From: Gemmatimonadota bacterium
GTDB lineage: Bacteria > Gemmatimonadota > Gemmatimonadetes > Palauibacterales > Palauibacteraceae
Assembly (NCBI GenBank): GCA_039585915.1
Contig: JBDGUZ010000001.1
Location: forward strand, 1-53,144
Reading direction: 5' to 3'
DNA length: 53,144 bases
The number at the start of each line of letters is the position of its first letter. Position 1 is the stretch's first letter. This document shows, in pieces, positions 26,707 through 35,734 of this stretch. The translations under genes were made by a program, and so were the position numbers. Below the pieces are notes generated by a model, which saw nothing but the letters and a program-made list of their open reading frames with translations, ran no database searches and was not told the DNA's origin.

Positions 26707-28713
26707 ATGCACAACGACGGGGCCGGAACGAAACCGGGGTCGGACCCGAGTGCCAGTCCAGGTGATCTCGCTCGCTTACACCCACTTCGAGGGATCGCGC
26801 AGAAGTTAGTCAACAGCCTGCGTCGGCGACGCAGGGCGATAGCGCTTGTTTCGACCATCGTCGTTACGATCGCTACGTACGCGTCCAGCTACGCCATCCG
26901 CTTCGATATGCAGTGGCCAACGGCGTACACGAGTACTTTCCTGGCCACCCTGTTCTGGCTCGTTGCGGCCCGGATTTTCACATCGAGCCTGTTCAAGCTG
27001 AACGTGCATCGCTGGCGCTACAGCGGAATCCGAGACATCATCGACATGGTGGCGGCCACCACGCTGTCGACTCTCCTGTTCTATCTGATCGTACAGCGTC
27101 TTCCTTTGCAGCCCATCGTGCCCCGCTCAGTGATTCTGCTCGAGTTCATCCTTGCCTCGTATACCCTCGGGGCGCTGCGGATGACGTACCGATTCGTCGG
27201 CGAGTGGAGCCAGCGGCGGCTGGTGACAAGACGCCAGGTGGGGCCCTGCCAGCGGACGATGATCGTCGGGGCTGGAGAAGCCGGAATCCTGGTCAGCCAG
27301 CACCTCGTTCACCATCCGGAGCTCGGATGCGAGGTCATCGGATTCGTAGACGACGATCCCGGCAGGGCGAAGACCCGGATGGGGGGCATCCCGGTTCTCG
27401 GGAGCCTGGTGGACTTACCCAGGCTGGTCAAATCGCATGTGATCGACGAACTCGTGGTGGCCATGCCATCCGCTCCACCAGAAGCCATCCGTCGAGTGGT
27501 CTACATCTGCAAAGATTTGGATGTCGGACTCAAGATCCTCCCTGCGGAGCGCAGTGTGCTGCGGGGTCCGGAGTCGCTCGTTCGGATTCGCGACGTCCAG
27601 ATCGAGGACCTGCTGGCTCGAGATCCGATCGAGCTCGAGCTGCCACAGCTGTCGGCCGACATCGAGGGCAAGTCGGTTCTGATCACGGGTGCGGCGGGCT
27701 CGATAGGATCGGAGCTGGCCCGCCAGGTGGCGCTGCACAAACCGAAGAGGCTCATTCTATTCGACCAGGCCGAGACCGACCTGTTTTATGTGGACATGGA
27801 GCTGAGGGAGAAACACCCTGATGTCAGGATCATTCCCGCGGTCGGCGACATCCTGAACAAGGCGCGAGTAGCGGACATTTTCGCGAAATGGAAGCCGTCC
27901 CGAGTCTATCACGCCGCCGCCTACAAGCACGTACCGATGATGGAGGCAAATCCCTCCGAGGCGGTTCGGAACAACGTGGTTGGCACCTGGAATGTGGCCA
28001 CGGCCGCAGGCAGAGGAGGGGCGAAGAAATTCGTGCTCATTTCGACCGATAAGGCAGTGAACCCGACCAATGTGATGGGTACGACGAAGCGAGCTGCGGA
28101 GCTCGCTATCCTGTCATGCGCCGATCTCTACACGAAAACGGCGTTCACAGCGGTTCGATTCGGCAACGTCCTGGGAAGCCAGGGAAGCGTGATCCCGATC
28201 TTCAAGCGCCAGGTGGCGGAGGGCAGGGACCTCACGGTCACCCACCCCGAGGTCACACGCTACTTCATGACGATTCCCGAGGCGGTGCAACTCGTGCTTC
28301 AGGCATCGCTTCTGCCAGAGGCCCGAAGCCATATCGCGATGCTGGATATGGGACAACCCGTGAGTGTTCTCGAAATGGCCCGCAACTTCCTCAGATTACG
28401 CGGTGAGACCAGCCCCGACGAGCACATCGAGTTCATCGGACTTCGGCCGGGAGAGAAACTGCACGAGGTCCTGACGGGAGAGAACGAGGAAACGCGACAG
28501 ACGACCCATCCGAAGGTTCGGGTCGTCGTACGAGCGCAGGAGAACTGGAGGCTGGAGCTGTACGCGAGATTGCATACAGCCCCTCTGGGAGCGGTGATCG
28601 GCAATAACTTCGATCACCTGGAGCAGATGTGGGAGATCCCCGGTGAGCCAGCGACTGCTGCAGTCAAGAAGAAGTATTCGGCAAAGGTCGAGCCCACCGA
28701 GAAGACGGCGTAA
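26707..28713 (+). CDS. membrane-anchored NDP-sugar 4,6-dehydratase/epimerase (CapD/PglF/WbpM-like)
   Basis: Four N-terminal TM helices. There are two Rossmann segments (MIVGAGEAG; VLITGAAGSIGSEL), then YHAAAYKHVP, LISTDKAVNPTNVMGTTKR and VRFGNVLGSQGSVIP. Confidence 0.92.
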   Translation: MHNDGAGTKPGSDPSASPGDLARLHPLRGIAQKLVNSLRRRRRAIALVSTIVVTIATYASSYAIRFDMQWPTAYTSTFLATLFWLVAARIFTSSLFKLNVHRWRYSGIRDIIDMVAATTLSTLLFYLIVQRLPLQPIVPRSVILLEFILASYTLGALRMTYRFVGEWSQRRLVTRRQVGPCQRTMIVGAGEAGILVSQHLVHHPELGCEVIGFVDDDPGRAKTRMGGIPVLGSLVDLPRLVKSHVIDELVVAMPSAPPEAIRRVVYICKDLDVGLKILPAERSVLRGPESLVRIRDVQIEDLLARDPIELELPQLSADIEGKSVLITGAAGSIGSELARQVALHKPKRLILFDQAETDLFYVDMELREKHPDVRIIPAVGDILNKARVADIFAKWKPSRVYHAAAYKHVPMMEANPSEAVRNNVVGTWNVATAAGRGGAKKFVLISTDKAVNPTNVMGTTKRAAELAILSCADLYTKTAFTAVRFGNVLGSQGSVIPIFKRQVAEGRDLTVTHPEVTRYFMTIPEAVQLVLQASLLPEARSHIAMLDMGQPVSVLEMARNFLRLRGETSPDEHIEFIGLRPGEKLHEVLTGENEETRQTTHPKVRVVVRAQENWRLELYARLHTAPLGAVIGNNFDHLEQMWEIPGEPATAAVKKKYSAKVEPTEKTA

Positions 28714-28803
28714 AGTCGACGTGAAGCCCCTGATCGCGTAGGATCATCCTTCGCCCGGCGGTCCCTCCGTCGGACGAACCGAGGCTGTGAACAAGGAGAT
28801 ACG

Positions 28804-29349
28804 ATGAACCTGCGCACAAACGGCGCGACGCTCGCGTTCGCCGGAATCTTGACGATGGGACTCGCTGCCTGCGGCGGATCGGCCGATGCCGAGACGGCGG
28901 ACGCAGCGCCGCCGCCGGTAGAAAAGGCCGACTACGCAGAGGCTGCCGCGACCGCCTACGGCTCGAGCGAGACGCTCGTCGTCTATAAGAGCGCGACCTG
29001 CGGCTGCTGCGGGAAGTGGGTGGAGCACATGGAGACTGCCGGCTTCGACGTGGAAGTGCACGAGACGTCGCCGGAGGAACTGAGTGCCGTGAAGGCGGAA
29101 AAAGGGATCACCTCCGATCTCGCCTCCTGCCACACCGCAGAGATCGCGGGCTACCTGGTCGAGGGTCACGTGCCGGCTGACGACTTGAAGCGGCTGCTGA
29201 AGCAGAGCCCTGACGACGTGAAGGGGATCGCCGTGCCCGGGATGCCGGTCGGGTCGCCCGGGATGGAGATGGAGGGCAAGGCGGCGGATGAGTACGACGT
29301 GGTCACGTTCGACGAGGCCGGTGAGACGAAAGTGTTCGCCAGCCACTGA
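28804..29349 (+). CDS. DUF411 (CopG-type) periplasmic metal-binding lipoprotein
   Basis: AAGGAG RBS and a lipobox (TMGLAAC). YKSATCGCCGKWVEHM, CHTAEI.GY.VEGHVPA and GIAVPGMPVGSPGME are typical DUF411 motifs. Confidence 0.88.
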   Translation: MNLRTNGATLAFAGILTMGLAACGGSADAETADAAPPPVEKADYAEAAATAYGSSETLVVYKSATCGCCGKWVEHMETAGFDVEVHETSPEELSAVKAEKGITSDLASCHTAEIAGYLVEGHVPADDLKRLLKQSPDDVKGIAVPGMPVGSPGMEMEGKAADEYDVVTFDEAGETKVFASH

Positions 29350-29400
29350 CCGATTCGCTTCCTCTCGCGGGAGCGGACGAAGGGAGTCAGAACGATCGAG

Positions 29401-29442
29401 GCCCGGGCGCGCATTGGTGTGCGCCCGGGCTCTTGTCTTCTT
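29401..29442 (+). terminator. Rho-independent terminator
   Basis: GCCCGGGCGC-gcattggtgt-GCGCCCGGGC followed by TCTTGTCTTCTT, located downstream of the DUF411 gene and between convergent genes. Confidence 0.75.
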
Positions 29443-29473
29443 GGCTGCTCCTGCCTGAGTCGCGGAGCCTCGT

Positions 29474-30109
29474 TCAGTCGCCTTCCTCGAGCACCTGCGC
29501 CCGCAGGCGCGCCACCAGCATCGAGATCGCCACCCTGTTCTCTCGCCCGAACGGGACGATCACGTCCGCGTGACGGCGGCTCGGCTCGACGAACTCGAGA
29601 TGCATCGGTCGCACTGTCTCCTGGTACTGGCGGATCACCGAGTCCACCGAGCGCCCCCGTTCCTGCGTGTCGCGCAACAGCCGCCGGATGAACCGCAGGT
29701 CGGAGTCGGTCTCCACGTATACTCTGATGTCCATCAGCTCGCGTAACTCGGGCTCCGCGAGGATCAGGATCCCGTCCACGATCACCACCGGGTTCGGCTC
29801 GATGCGCCGCGTCTCGTCCGTGCGACTGTGGGTCGTGAAGTCGTACACGGGCTCTTCGACGGCCTGTCCGGCCAGCAGCTCCCGCAGGTGGTCCGCCAAC
29901 AGCGGCGTCTCGAGCACCTCAGGGTGGTCGTAGTTGAGTCGGGCTCGCTCCTGGTCAGACAGGTCCGGGTGGTCCCGGTAATAGGAGTCGTGGTGCAGAA
30001 GACTCACGGGCACCGGCTCCATCGCCCGGATGATCTGCGACACAACCGTGGTCTTTCCGGAACCGCTACCCCCGGCGACGCCGAGGATGAGGGGACGTGA
30101 GCCCGGCAT
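29474..30109 (-). CDS. udk: uridine kinase
   Basis: ILGVAGGSGSGKTT P-loop, HDSYYRD, NYDHPEVLE, VVIVDGILIL, RFIRRLLRDTQERGRS. Confidence 0.93.
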   Translation of the reverse strand: MPGSRPLILGVAGGSGSGKTTVVSQIIRAMEPVPVSLLHHDSYYRDHPDLSDQERARLNYDHPEVLETPLLADHLRELLAGQAVEEPVYDFTTHSRTDETRRIEPNPVVIVDGILILAEPELRELMDIRVYVETDSDLRFIRRLLRDTQERGRSVDSVIRQYQETVRPMHLEFVEPSRRHADVIVPFGRENRVAISMLVARLRAQVLEEGD

Positions 30110-30222
30110 TCGAGCGCTCCGTTCCAGGGGACGAAACAGGGATCCTGATCAGGCCTGTTCAGGATACTGCGCGGTGCGCCGGGACGCGAAGATCACTGTA
30201 GAGGAGGGCTCAACTGGCCAGG

Positions 30223-31017
30223 CTACTCAGCCGGAGCGCACGCCCGGCAGGCAAGGGACCAGTCGTAGGGCAGGAAGTCGATCGTCGGCCCGGTCTGCAC
30301 GATCCACTCCGACAGTTCCGGTTCAAGCCAGCGCGCCAGGTTCCGGATGATCGAGCGTTTCCGGGCCGGCAAGATCAGCGGCATCCGGCCCGGGCGCACG
30401 AAGTCGCCGCCGAACCACTTGAAAACCCGGGACAGCGCGACCAGGCGATCCGGAAGATCCACCACCACTGACTCCTCCAGGTACTCGCGCATGGCCGAGT
30501 CGAGGCGGGCATCGAGGTCATTTCCACGGAAGGGCTCCGCCGGAAGCGACGGGCAGGAAGACGAGGCGCAGGTCAGCGCCGCGTGAATTCGCGGATCCCT
30601 GAATCGGCGGACCTTGCCGTGCTCGATGTCGTCGAGTGACAACTCCTCCCTCGCGATTCGGGTGACCGGTCTCGAAAAAGCCCCGTCCATCTCGAGCAGC
30701 GAGCCGTGTCCGTGCTTCATTCCCTCCAATGCCAGGGCCAACGCCTCGGCGTTGTAAAGGTTGAGCCAGAAGGCGAGGGCCCCGCTCCGGTCGAACGCAT
30801 CCGGTTCGAGGTCGAGCAGGAAAGCCCGGTAGGCGTCCAGCTCGTCCGCGGCATCGCGCAGGCCCGCGAGCCCATCCGACGCGACCGCGTTCAGCACGGG
30901 TGCGAATCCGTCGTGACTCGGACCGGCAGTACGCCCCTCGGGCGAGGGACGCCGCCGCGTCGCTGCGTGGATCCACGATCGCATGACAGGAACAAAGTCC
31001 GGCCCGGTCTGGCTCAT
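30223..31017 (-). CDS. DUF547 domain-containing protein
   Basis: AFWLNLYNAEALAL, RIHAALTCASSSCPSL and VSRVFKWFGGDF are DUF547 hallmarks. The start is trimmed to the ATG at 31017 (or 31041), because the longer ORF would overlap the divergent gene at 31187. Confidence 0.8.
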   Translation of the reverse strand: MSQTGPDFVPVMRSWIHAATRRRPSPEGRTAGPSHDGFAPVLNAVASDGLAGLRDAADELDAYRAFLLDLEPDAFDRSGALAFWLNLYNAEALALALEGMKHGHGSLLEMDGAFSRPVTRIAREELSLDDIEHGKVRRFRDPRIHAALTCASSSCPSLPAEPFRGNDLDARLDSAMREYLEESVVVDLPDRLVALSRVFKWFGGDFVRPGRMPLILPARKRSIIRNLARWLEPELSEWIVQTGPTIDFLPYDWSLACRACAPAE

Positions 31018-31186
31018 GCCTTCCCAACCCCGTGGCGGCATCGGCCGTTCCCCTGCGGAGTGACCCGATCCCGGACGGCCGGACGAGCAGAGATGTGCCG
31101 CCCCCGGGAACCTCTCACGCGCGCTCCCGGTTCGGATGACAGGACCGTCGATCGATGGGCTACCGGAACGGAAGAAAGGGAAGCGG

Positions 31187-31855
31187 ATGAAGCCGTCGAG
31201 GTTCACGGTCCTGGTCCCGATGCTGGCTCTGGTGGGGCTCGTCTCTGTTTCGTGCGGCGATTCGCTCACCGAGCCAGCCCCGGGGCCTCTGGTACTGCCT
31301 CTTCTCGTGCACCTGTTTCAGTCGCAGACAGTACCAGAGCTGAACGTGACCCTGAGTGACGTCGAGGTCGAATCCCTCGCAGCCGCGGTGAACGCAGTGT
31401 GGCAGCAGGCGGACATACGGTTCGAGCTCGTCGGCCTTGGGCGGGAACCGGCGGTGGCCGAAGACTCGTACTCGGCGGCGATTCGCGGCGACATTCCACT
31501 CACCCCTTCCGTACTGCTGTCACAGATCCCCGTCGACAATTTCGACCAGGGGTCATGGAACGTGTACATGGTAAACGACTTCGGCGGGTCGATCGGGGGC
31601 GTGTACATAGACCTCGGCCCGGCCGTGTTTTCGGCCGAGGTCGATCCGACAGGCGTTCGCGATCCCACCGGATCGATGGCCAGGGTCCTGGCACACGAAC
31701 TCGGTCATGCGCTCGGTCTTCCGCACGTGTCGTGCACGGCGGAAGGCAACCTGATGGCGGCCGGATGCGCCTCGACGAACCGAACGAGGCTTGAGTCCGA
31801 CCAGATCGCCGCCGCGCGAAGCCAGGCCGCAACCGGCAGGCCCGCCACCTTCTGA
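31187..31855 (+). CDS. secreted zinc metalloprotease-like lipoprotein (metzincin motif)
   Basis: Start at the ATG at 31187 (MKPSRFTVLVPMLALVGLVSVSCGDS, lipobox). HELGHALGLPH matches HExxHxxGxxH. Confidence 0.75.
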   Translation: MKPSRFTVLVPMLALVGLVSVSCGDSLTEPAPGPLVLPLLVHLFQSQTVPELNVTLSDVEVESLAAAVNAVWQQADIRFELVGLGREPAVAEDSYSAAIRGDIPLTPSVLLSQIPVDNFDQGSWNVYMVNDFGGSIGGVYIDLGPAVFSAEVDPTGVRDPTGSMARVLAHELGHALGLPHVSCTAEGNLMAAGCASTNRTRLESDQIAAARSQAATGRPATF

Positions 31856-31863
31856 AGGTCCTG

Positions 31864-32358
31864 CTAGAACAGCAGCGCGGCCGCTCCCGCGACGAGAATC
31901 ACGAGCCCGGCCGCCATCTTAAGGGCGACCGCCGCCGCCCTTCCGAGCAGCGCGCCCCAGCCCGCCTTCAGCGCCGCGTCCGAGTCCTTCACCAGGGTCC
32001 AGGTGGCGATCGCCGCTCCGACCATCGTGCCCGCGAACACACCCAGCAGTGACCCGATCACGGGAACCGGTGTTCCGACGATCGCGCCGACGATGCCTCC
32101 GACCAGTGCCCCCCAGAAGGTGCGCTGCGTGCCGCCGTACTTCCGGCCCAGTCGCGCCACGGCGACCCATTCGAGGAATTCGGCCAGTCCCGCCAGGGCC
32201 AGCAGACCGACGAACAGGAGTGGAGACACGGCGCCGGTCCAGGCTGCCACCGCGAGGATGAGCAGCATGATCCACAGGCCGGGCAGCCCGAGCGGGATGA
32301 GGAACAGCGACGCGGCCATGGCCGCGATGCCGAGCAGGGCGAGTCCGTTGATCTCCAT
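31864..32358 (-). CDS. DUF456 family membrane protein
   Basis: 164 aa, with a Gly/Ala-rich 4-TM pattern (LIPLGLPGLWIMLL...FLEWVAVARLGRKYGG...GAIVGTPVPVIGSL). Confidence 0.75.
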   Translation of the reverse strand: MEINGLALLGIAAMAASLFLIPLGLPGLWIMLLILAVAAWTGAVSPLLFVGLLALAGLAEFLEWVAVARLGRKYGGTQRTFWGALVGGIVGAIVGTPVPVIGSLLGVFAGTMVGAAIATWTLVKDSDAALKAGWGALLGRAAAVALKMAAGLVILVAGAAALLF

Positions 32359-32554
32359 GTCTCAACATACGGCCGGATCGCGCACAGGATTCAGTAGGGT
32401 GCGGACCGGGCCAGCGGCCGGCGAATCACGACTGCTGCGTTACGCGGGCGTTTGCCCAGGGTGACAGGACCGTGACACTGCCCGCCCATCATCGAGGCGG
32501 ACGAATACGAAATTGACCAGTACGCGGCGATGCCGCATTGCAGGAGGTATAGAA

Positions 32555-32656
32555 ATGGTGACTCTGTTCTTGATCGAGATTGCGATCGCGGTGGTCGTCG
32601 CCGTCGTGGTCGCTGCCGACATGGCGTACAACGGTCGCCCTTTCCTCGGCGACTGA
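32555..32656 (+). CDS. unannotated 33-aa single-TM small protein
   Basis: ATG preceded by AGGAGG with a 7-nt spacer. It encodes MVTLFLIEIAIAVVVAVVVAADMAYNGRPFLGD and is below the ORF-track size cut-off. It lies in the divergent region upstream of the TetR gene. Confidence 0.45.
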   Translation: MVTLFLIEIAIAVVVAVVVAADMAYNGRPFLGD

Positions 32657-32780
32657 AGCGAGACTCAACCAGGCTACCAGGCCCACCACATCATCTCTCT
32701 GCGACGGCCATCACGGCATGTCGCTGTCAGCGAAACATACAGGCTTGCATTGAGCGCATACATGAGTGTATGATTCACTC

Positions 32781-33407
32781 ATGGCGCCACCCACCGCGAC
32801 ATCGGACAGGAGAGCGCCAGGCCGACTCGACCGGGACGATTGGGTGACACAGGCCTGGAGGGAGTTCGTGTCCGGTGGGATCGGCGCCGTCAGCGTAAAC
32901 GGCCTCGCCAGGCAGCTCGGAGTCAGCCGGGGAAGTTTCTACCACCATTTTACCAGCCGCCAAGATCTCCTCCAGGAGCTGCTTCGCTATTGGGAGGAGG
33001 AGTGGACGGTACAGGTCCGGGAGGACGTCCAGGTCCTCCGCCTCGATCCATCGCATACTCTGCTCGCCCTGGCGCGAACGATCCGCCACCGGGGGGCATC
33101 GCGCTACGATGTCAGGGTGCGGGCCTGGGCGCTCGAGGAGCCGCAGGTACGGAGCCTCGTGCGCCGGGTGGATGAAGAGCGGCTGGAGTTCATCCGGGGC
33201 CAGTTTGCGGCGCTCGGGTTCGACGAGCTGGAGGCCGAGAATCGCGCCCGCCTGTTCCTGTACTACGAGATGGCCGAGCCGGCCGTGCTGGCCGAGCAGT
33301 CGCCCGAGCTGGAGGAGGAGCTGCTGCTCGCCCGGCATGCCTTGCTGACAGGCAGGGACCCTGCGACTGTTCTTGAACCCCCCCCGCTGCTTGAAGAAGG
33401 ACGCTAG
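32781..33407 (+). CDS. TetR/AcrR family transcriptional regulator
   Basis: HTH VSVNGLARQLGVSRGSFYHHFTSRQDLL. The ATG at 32781 is preferred over the GTG at 32766. The inverted repeat CATACA-tgag-TGTATG (32757-32772) lies just upstream. Confidence 0.88.
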   Translation: MAPPTATSDRRAPGRLDRDDWVTQAWREFVSGGIGAVSVNGLARQLGVSRGSFYHHFTSRQDLLQELLRYWEEEWTVQVREDVQVLRLDPSHTLLALARTIRHRGASRYDVRVRAWALEEPQVRSLVRRVDEERLEFIRGQFAALGFDELEAENRARLFLYYEMAEPAVLAEQSPELEEELLLARHALLTGRDPATVLEPPPLLEEGR

Positions 33408-33455
33408 GAATACCGAGGTTCCTTTTCCGTGCCGCACCCAGAACAAGAGGTCAAA

Positions 33456-34754
33456 GTGGAGACCAGGAAATCCCCGAGGCTGCCAACCCGATTCGCATTC
33501 CCACTCCTGTTCGTGGCGGCATTCTCGCTCGGCATTGCCGCCGATCGCGCGGGCCTGCTGAGCGCGCCCGAGGCGGGAGCTGTCGCACCATCTCCCGCGA
33601 CCGCTGCGCTCCAGGATGCGTCGCCAACCGCGGCGCTGGCCGACCGCGACGTCTACTACCCGGGCTCCGAAGACATCGCTCCCGACGAGATGCGGATCGT
33701 GGCCTGCGGCACCGGAATGCCGAATGCCCGTCCGAAGCAGGCGGCCGCCTGCTGGCTGGTCGAGCTCGGAAACGGGGACAAGTTCATCTTCGACATCGGG
33801 CTCGGGTCGGCGGAGCGGATCTCTGCCCAGAAGATCCCCTACGACTACCTGGACAAGCTGTTCATCGGCCACCTGCACGCCGACCACATCGGCGACCTGG
33901 ACGCGCTGTGGATCGGCGGAGTGATCTCCAATCGGCAGGGCAAGCTTCGCGTGTGGGGTCCGAGCGGAGCCAAGACGAATCTCGGTACCGCGTACATGGT
34001 GGACCGGATGAAGGAAATGTACGCGTGGGACATGGCCTCGAGGCAGGGGAACGTGAACACGCTCGGCCTTGAGATCGACGTCACCGAATTCGACTACAAG
34101 GCGGTCAACGAGGTCATCTACCGGGAGAACGGCGTCACCATCCGGTCGATCCCGGCGATTCACGCCGTTGACGGCTCGGTCAGCTTCATCCTCGAGTGGA
34201 ACGGGTTGAAGTTCGCTTTCAGCAGCGACACCTATCCGAACAACTGGTGGATGGAACACACGAAGAACGCCGACCTGGCAATCCACGAGTGCTTCGCCCC
34301 GCCGTCAATCATGGTGAACAAGCAGGGCTTCGGCGTCCAGGACGCGCTCAACGTGGCGACACAGGTGCACACATCGCCCGCGATGTTCGGTAAGGTAATG
34401 AGCCTGATCAGGCCACGGATGGCGGTGGGCTACCACGTGTTCAACGACTTTGACACCAAACCGGAGATCATGAAGGAAGTCCGCTCGACCTACGACGGAC
34501 CGTTCGAGCTCGCGGTGGATTACATGGTGTTCAACGTGACGAAGGACGATATCAAAGTCCGGATGTCGGCGATCGACGAGGACATCTGGCCGGAGCCGTC
34601 GGTCACCACGAAGCTGTCGGCCGACCCGAAGGACCGTGTCGGATTCTCCGACTACATCAACGGCGGCCGCCGGGTCTTCCAGGACGTGATCGAGCAATAC
34701 TACAAGCAGACGAACGAGATGTTCGGGACGAGCTTCGATCCGCCGTCCGAATGA
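33456..34754 (+). CDS. secreted MBL-fold metallo-hydrolase
   Basis: GTG at 33456 with AAGAGG 6 nt upstream (GTG at 33429 is an alternative). Signal peptide FAFPLLFVAAFSLGIAA. The HxHxDH motif reads IGHLHADHIGD. Confidence 0.85.
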   Translation: METRKSPRLPTRFAFPLLFVAAFSLGIAADRAGLLSAPEAGAVAPSPATAALQDASPTAALADRDVYYPGSEDIAPDEMRIVACGTGMPNARPKQAAACWLVELGNGDKFIFDIGLGSAERISAQKIPYDYLDKLFIGHLHADHIGDLDALWIGGVISNRQGKLRVWGPSGAKTNLGTAYMVDRMKEMYAWDMASRQGNVNTLGLEIDVTEFDYKAVNEVIYRENGVTIRSIPAIHAVDGSVSFILEWNGLKFAFSSDTYPNNWWMEHTKNADLAIHECFAPPSIMVNKQGFGVQDALNVATQVHTSPAMFGKVMSLIRPRMAVGYHVFNDFDTKPEIMKEVRSTYDGPFELAVDYMVFNVTKDDIKVRMSAIDEDIWPEPSVTTKLSADPKDRVGFSDYINGGRRVFQDVIEQYYKQTNEMFGTSFDPPSE

Positions 34755-34851
34755 CGCCATAAGTCTGGTTCGATCGCTCTGATCGTTGAAGATCAGCCAG
34801 GGAGTACATCACCCCCGGGCCAAGGGCACGATAGCGGTGCATGGTTTCTCG

Positions 34852-35613
34852 ATGCTCTGCGTGGCACTGCTTCCGCTCCTGGTACTGCCGCACGGCGCGG
34901 CCGCGCAGGACCCAAGCAGCCAACTCTGGGGCGACCTGGGGCTCGTGTTTCCCCGAGAGAACGCCTCGTGGCTGTTCACGGGTGACCTGAAACCCAAAGT
35001 CCAGTTCAGCGGCGACGAGAAATGGGCGAAACTCGACCTGCAGGGGAGTGCCGTCTACCAGTCCCCGAAGCTGTTCGACCTGTTCGGTGACCTCGTCGTC
35101 GGGTACACGGTCCAGAACAACGACGTCGAGACGCTGGAGCTGGTGCCCCGCGTGGGGATCAGCCTGCACCTGGTCTCGGATGTCCGTGATGTTCAACCCG
35201 TCGGCCGCTTCGCGAAGCGTTTGGGCCTGGCGACGACGGCTCGCCTTGAGCACCGGCATTTCTGGTACTACGGCTCGGGCGCGACCGAGGACTACTCGAA
35301 TGACTGGCGATTCCGACTCCGGCTGGAGATGCGCGTTGGTCTGAACAGGGCGGATCGCTCACGATCTGGAACGTGGTTTCTTTTTGCGGATGCGGAAGCG
35401 TTCATCCCGCTGGGAGACAGGAACCCCGAGACCTTCGCGAATCTCTGGCGATTCCGCGTAGGCCCCGGGCTCAGGTACAGTCACGACTGGCTGTTCGAGT
35501 TGCTCTATATCCACGACATCACGCGGAACACGCTGAAGGATGACTTCGAGTCGGACGTGAATGCGGTAGATCTGCGGGCGACGCACTATCTCGGGCTACC
35601 CGGTGGCTCGTGA
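34852..35613 (+). CDS. predicted outer-membrane beta-barrel protein (DUF2490-like)
   Basis: Signal peptide MLCVALLPLLVLPHGAAAQ, alternating aromatic/charged strands, and several W..R.R motifs. The family name is from memory and unverified. Confidence 0.6.
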   Translation: MLCVALLPLLVLPHGAAAQDPSSQLWGDLGLVFPRENASWLFTGDLKPKVQFSGDEKWAKLDLQGSAVYQSPKLFDLFGDLVVGYTVQNNDVETLELVPRVGISLHLVSDVRDVQPVGRFAKRLGLATTARLEHRHFWYYGSGATEDYSNDWRFRLRLEMRVGLNRADRSRSGTWFLFADAEAFIPLGDRNPETFANLWRFRVGPGLRYSHDWLFELLYIHDITRNTLKDDFESDVNAVDLRATHYLGLPGGS

Positions 35614-35734
35614 GAATCGTGGATCATCGCTGAGATCTTCCCGCCGCCTCCTTGCAGGACACGCTGCGCCTTCCCCATCGTAGGCCCGAGAAATCGTCCG
35701 GGGGATCCTTGAAGTTTCGGATCATGGAGCAAAT

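Noticed and set aside
30142-30165. ATCCTGA-N10-TCAGGAT inverted repeat between DUF547 and udk
   Set aside because: The 7-bp stem is short, has no U-tract and does not recur. It is too weak to call a terminator or operator.
32775-34286. 503-aa - strand ORF
   Set aside because: It is antisense to the TetR and MBL genes and is not protein-like.
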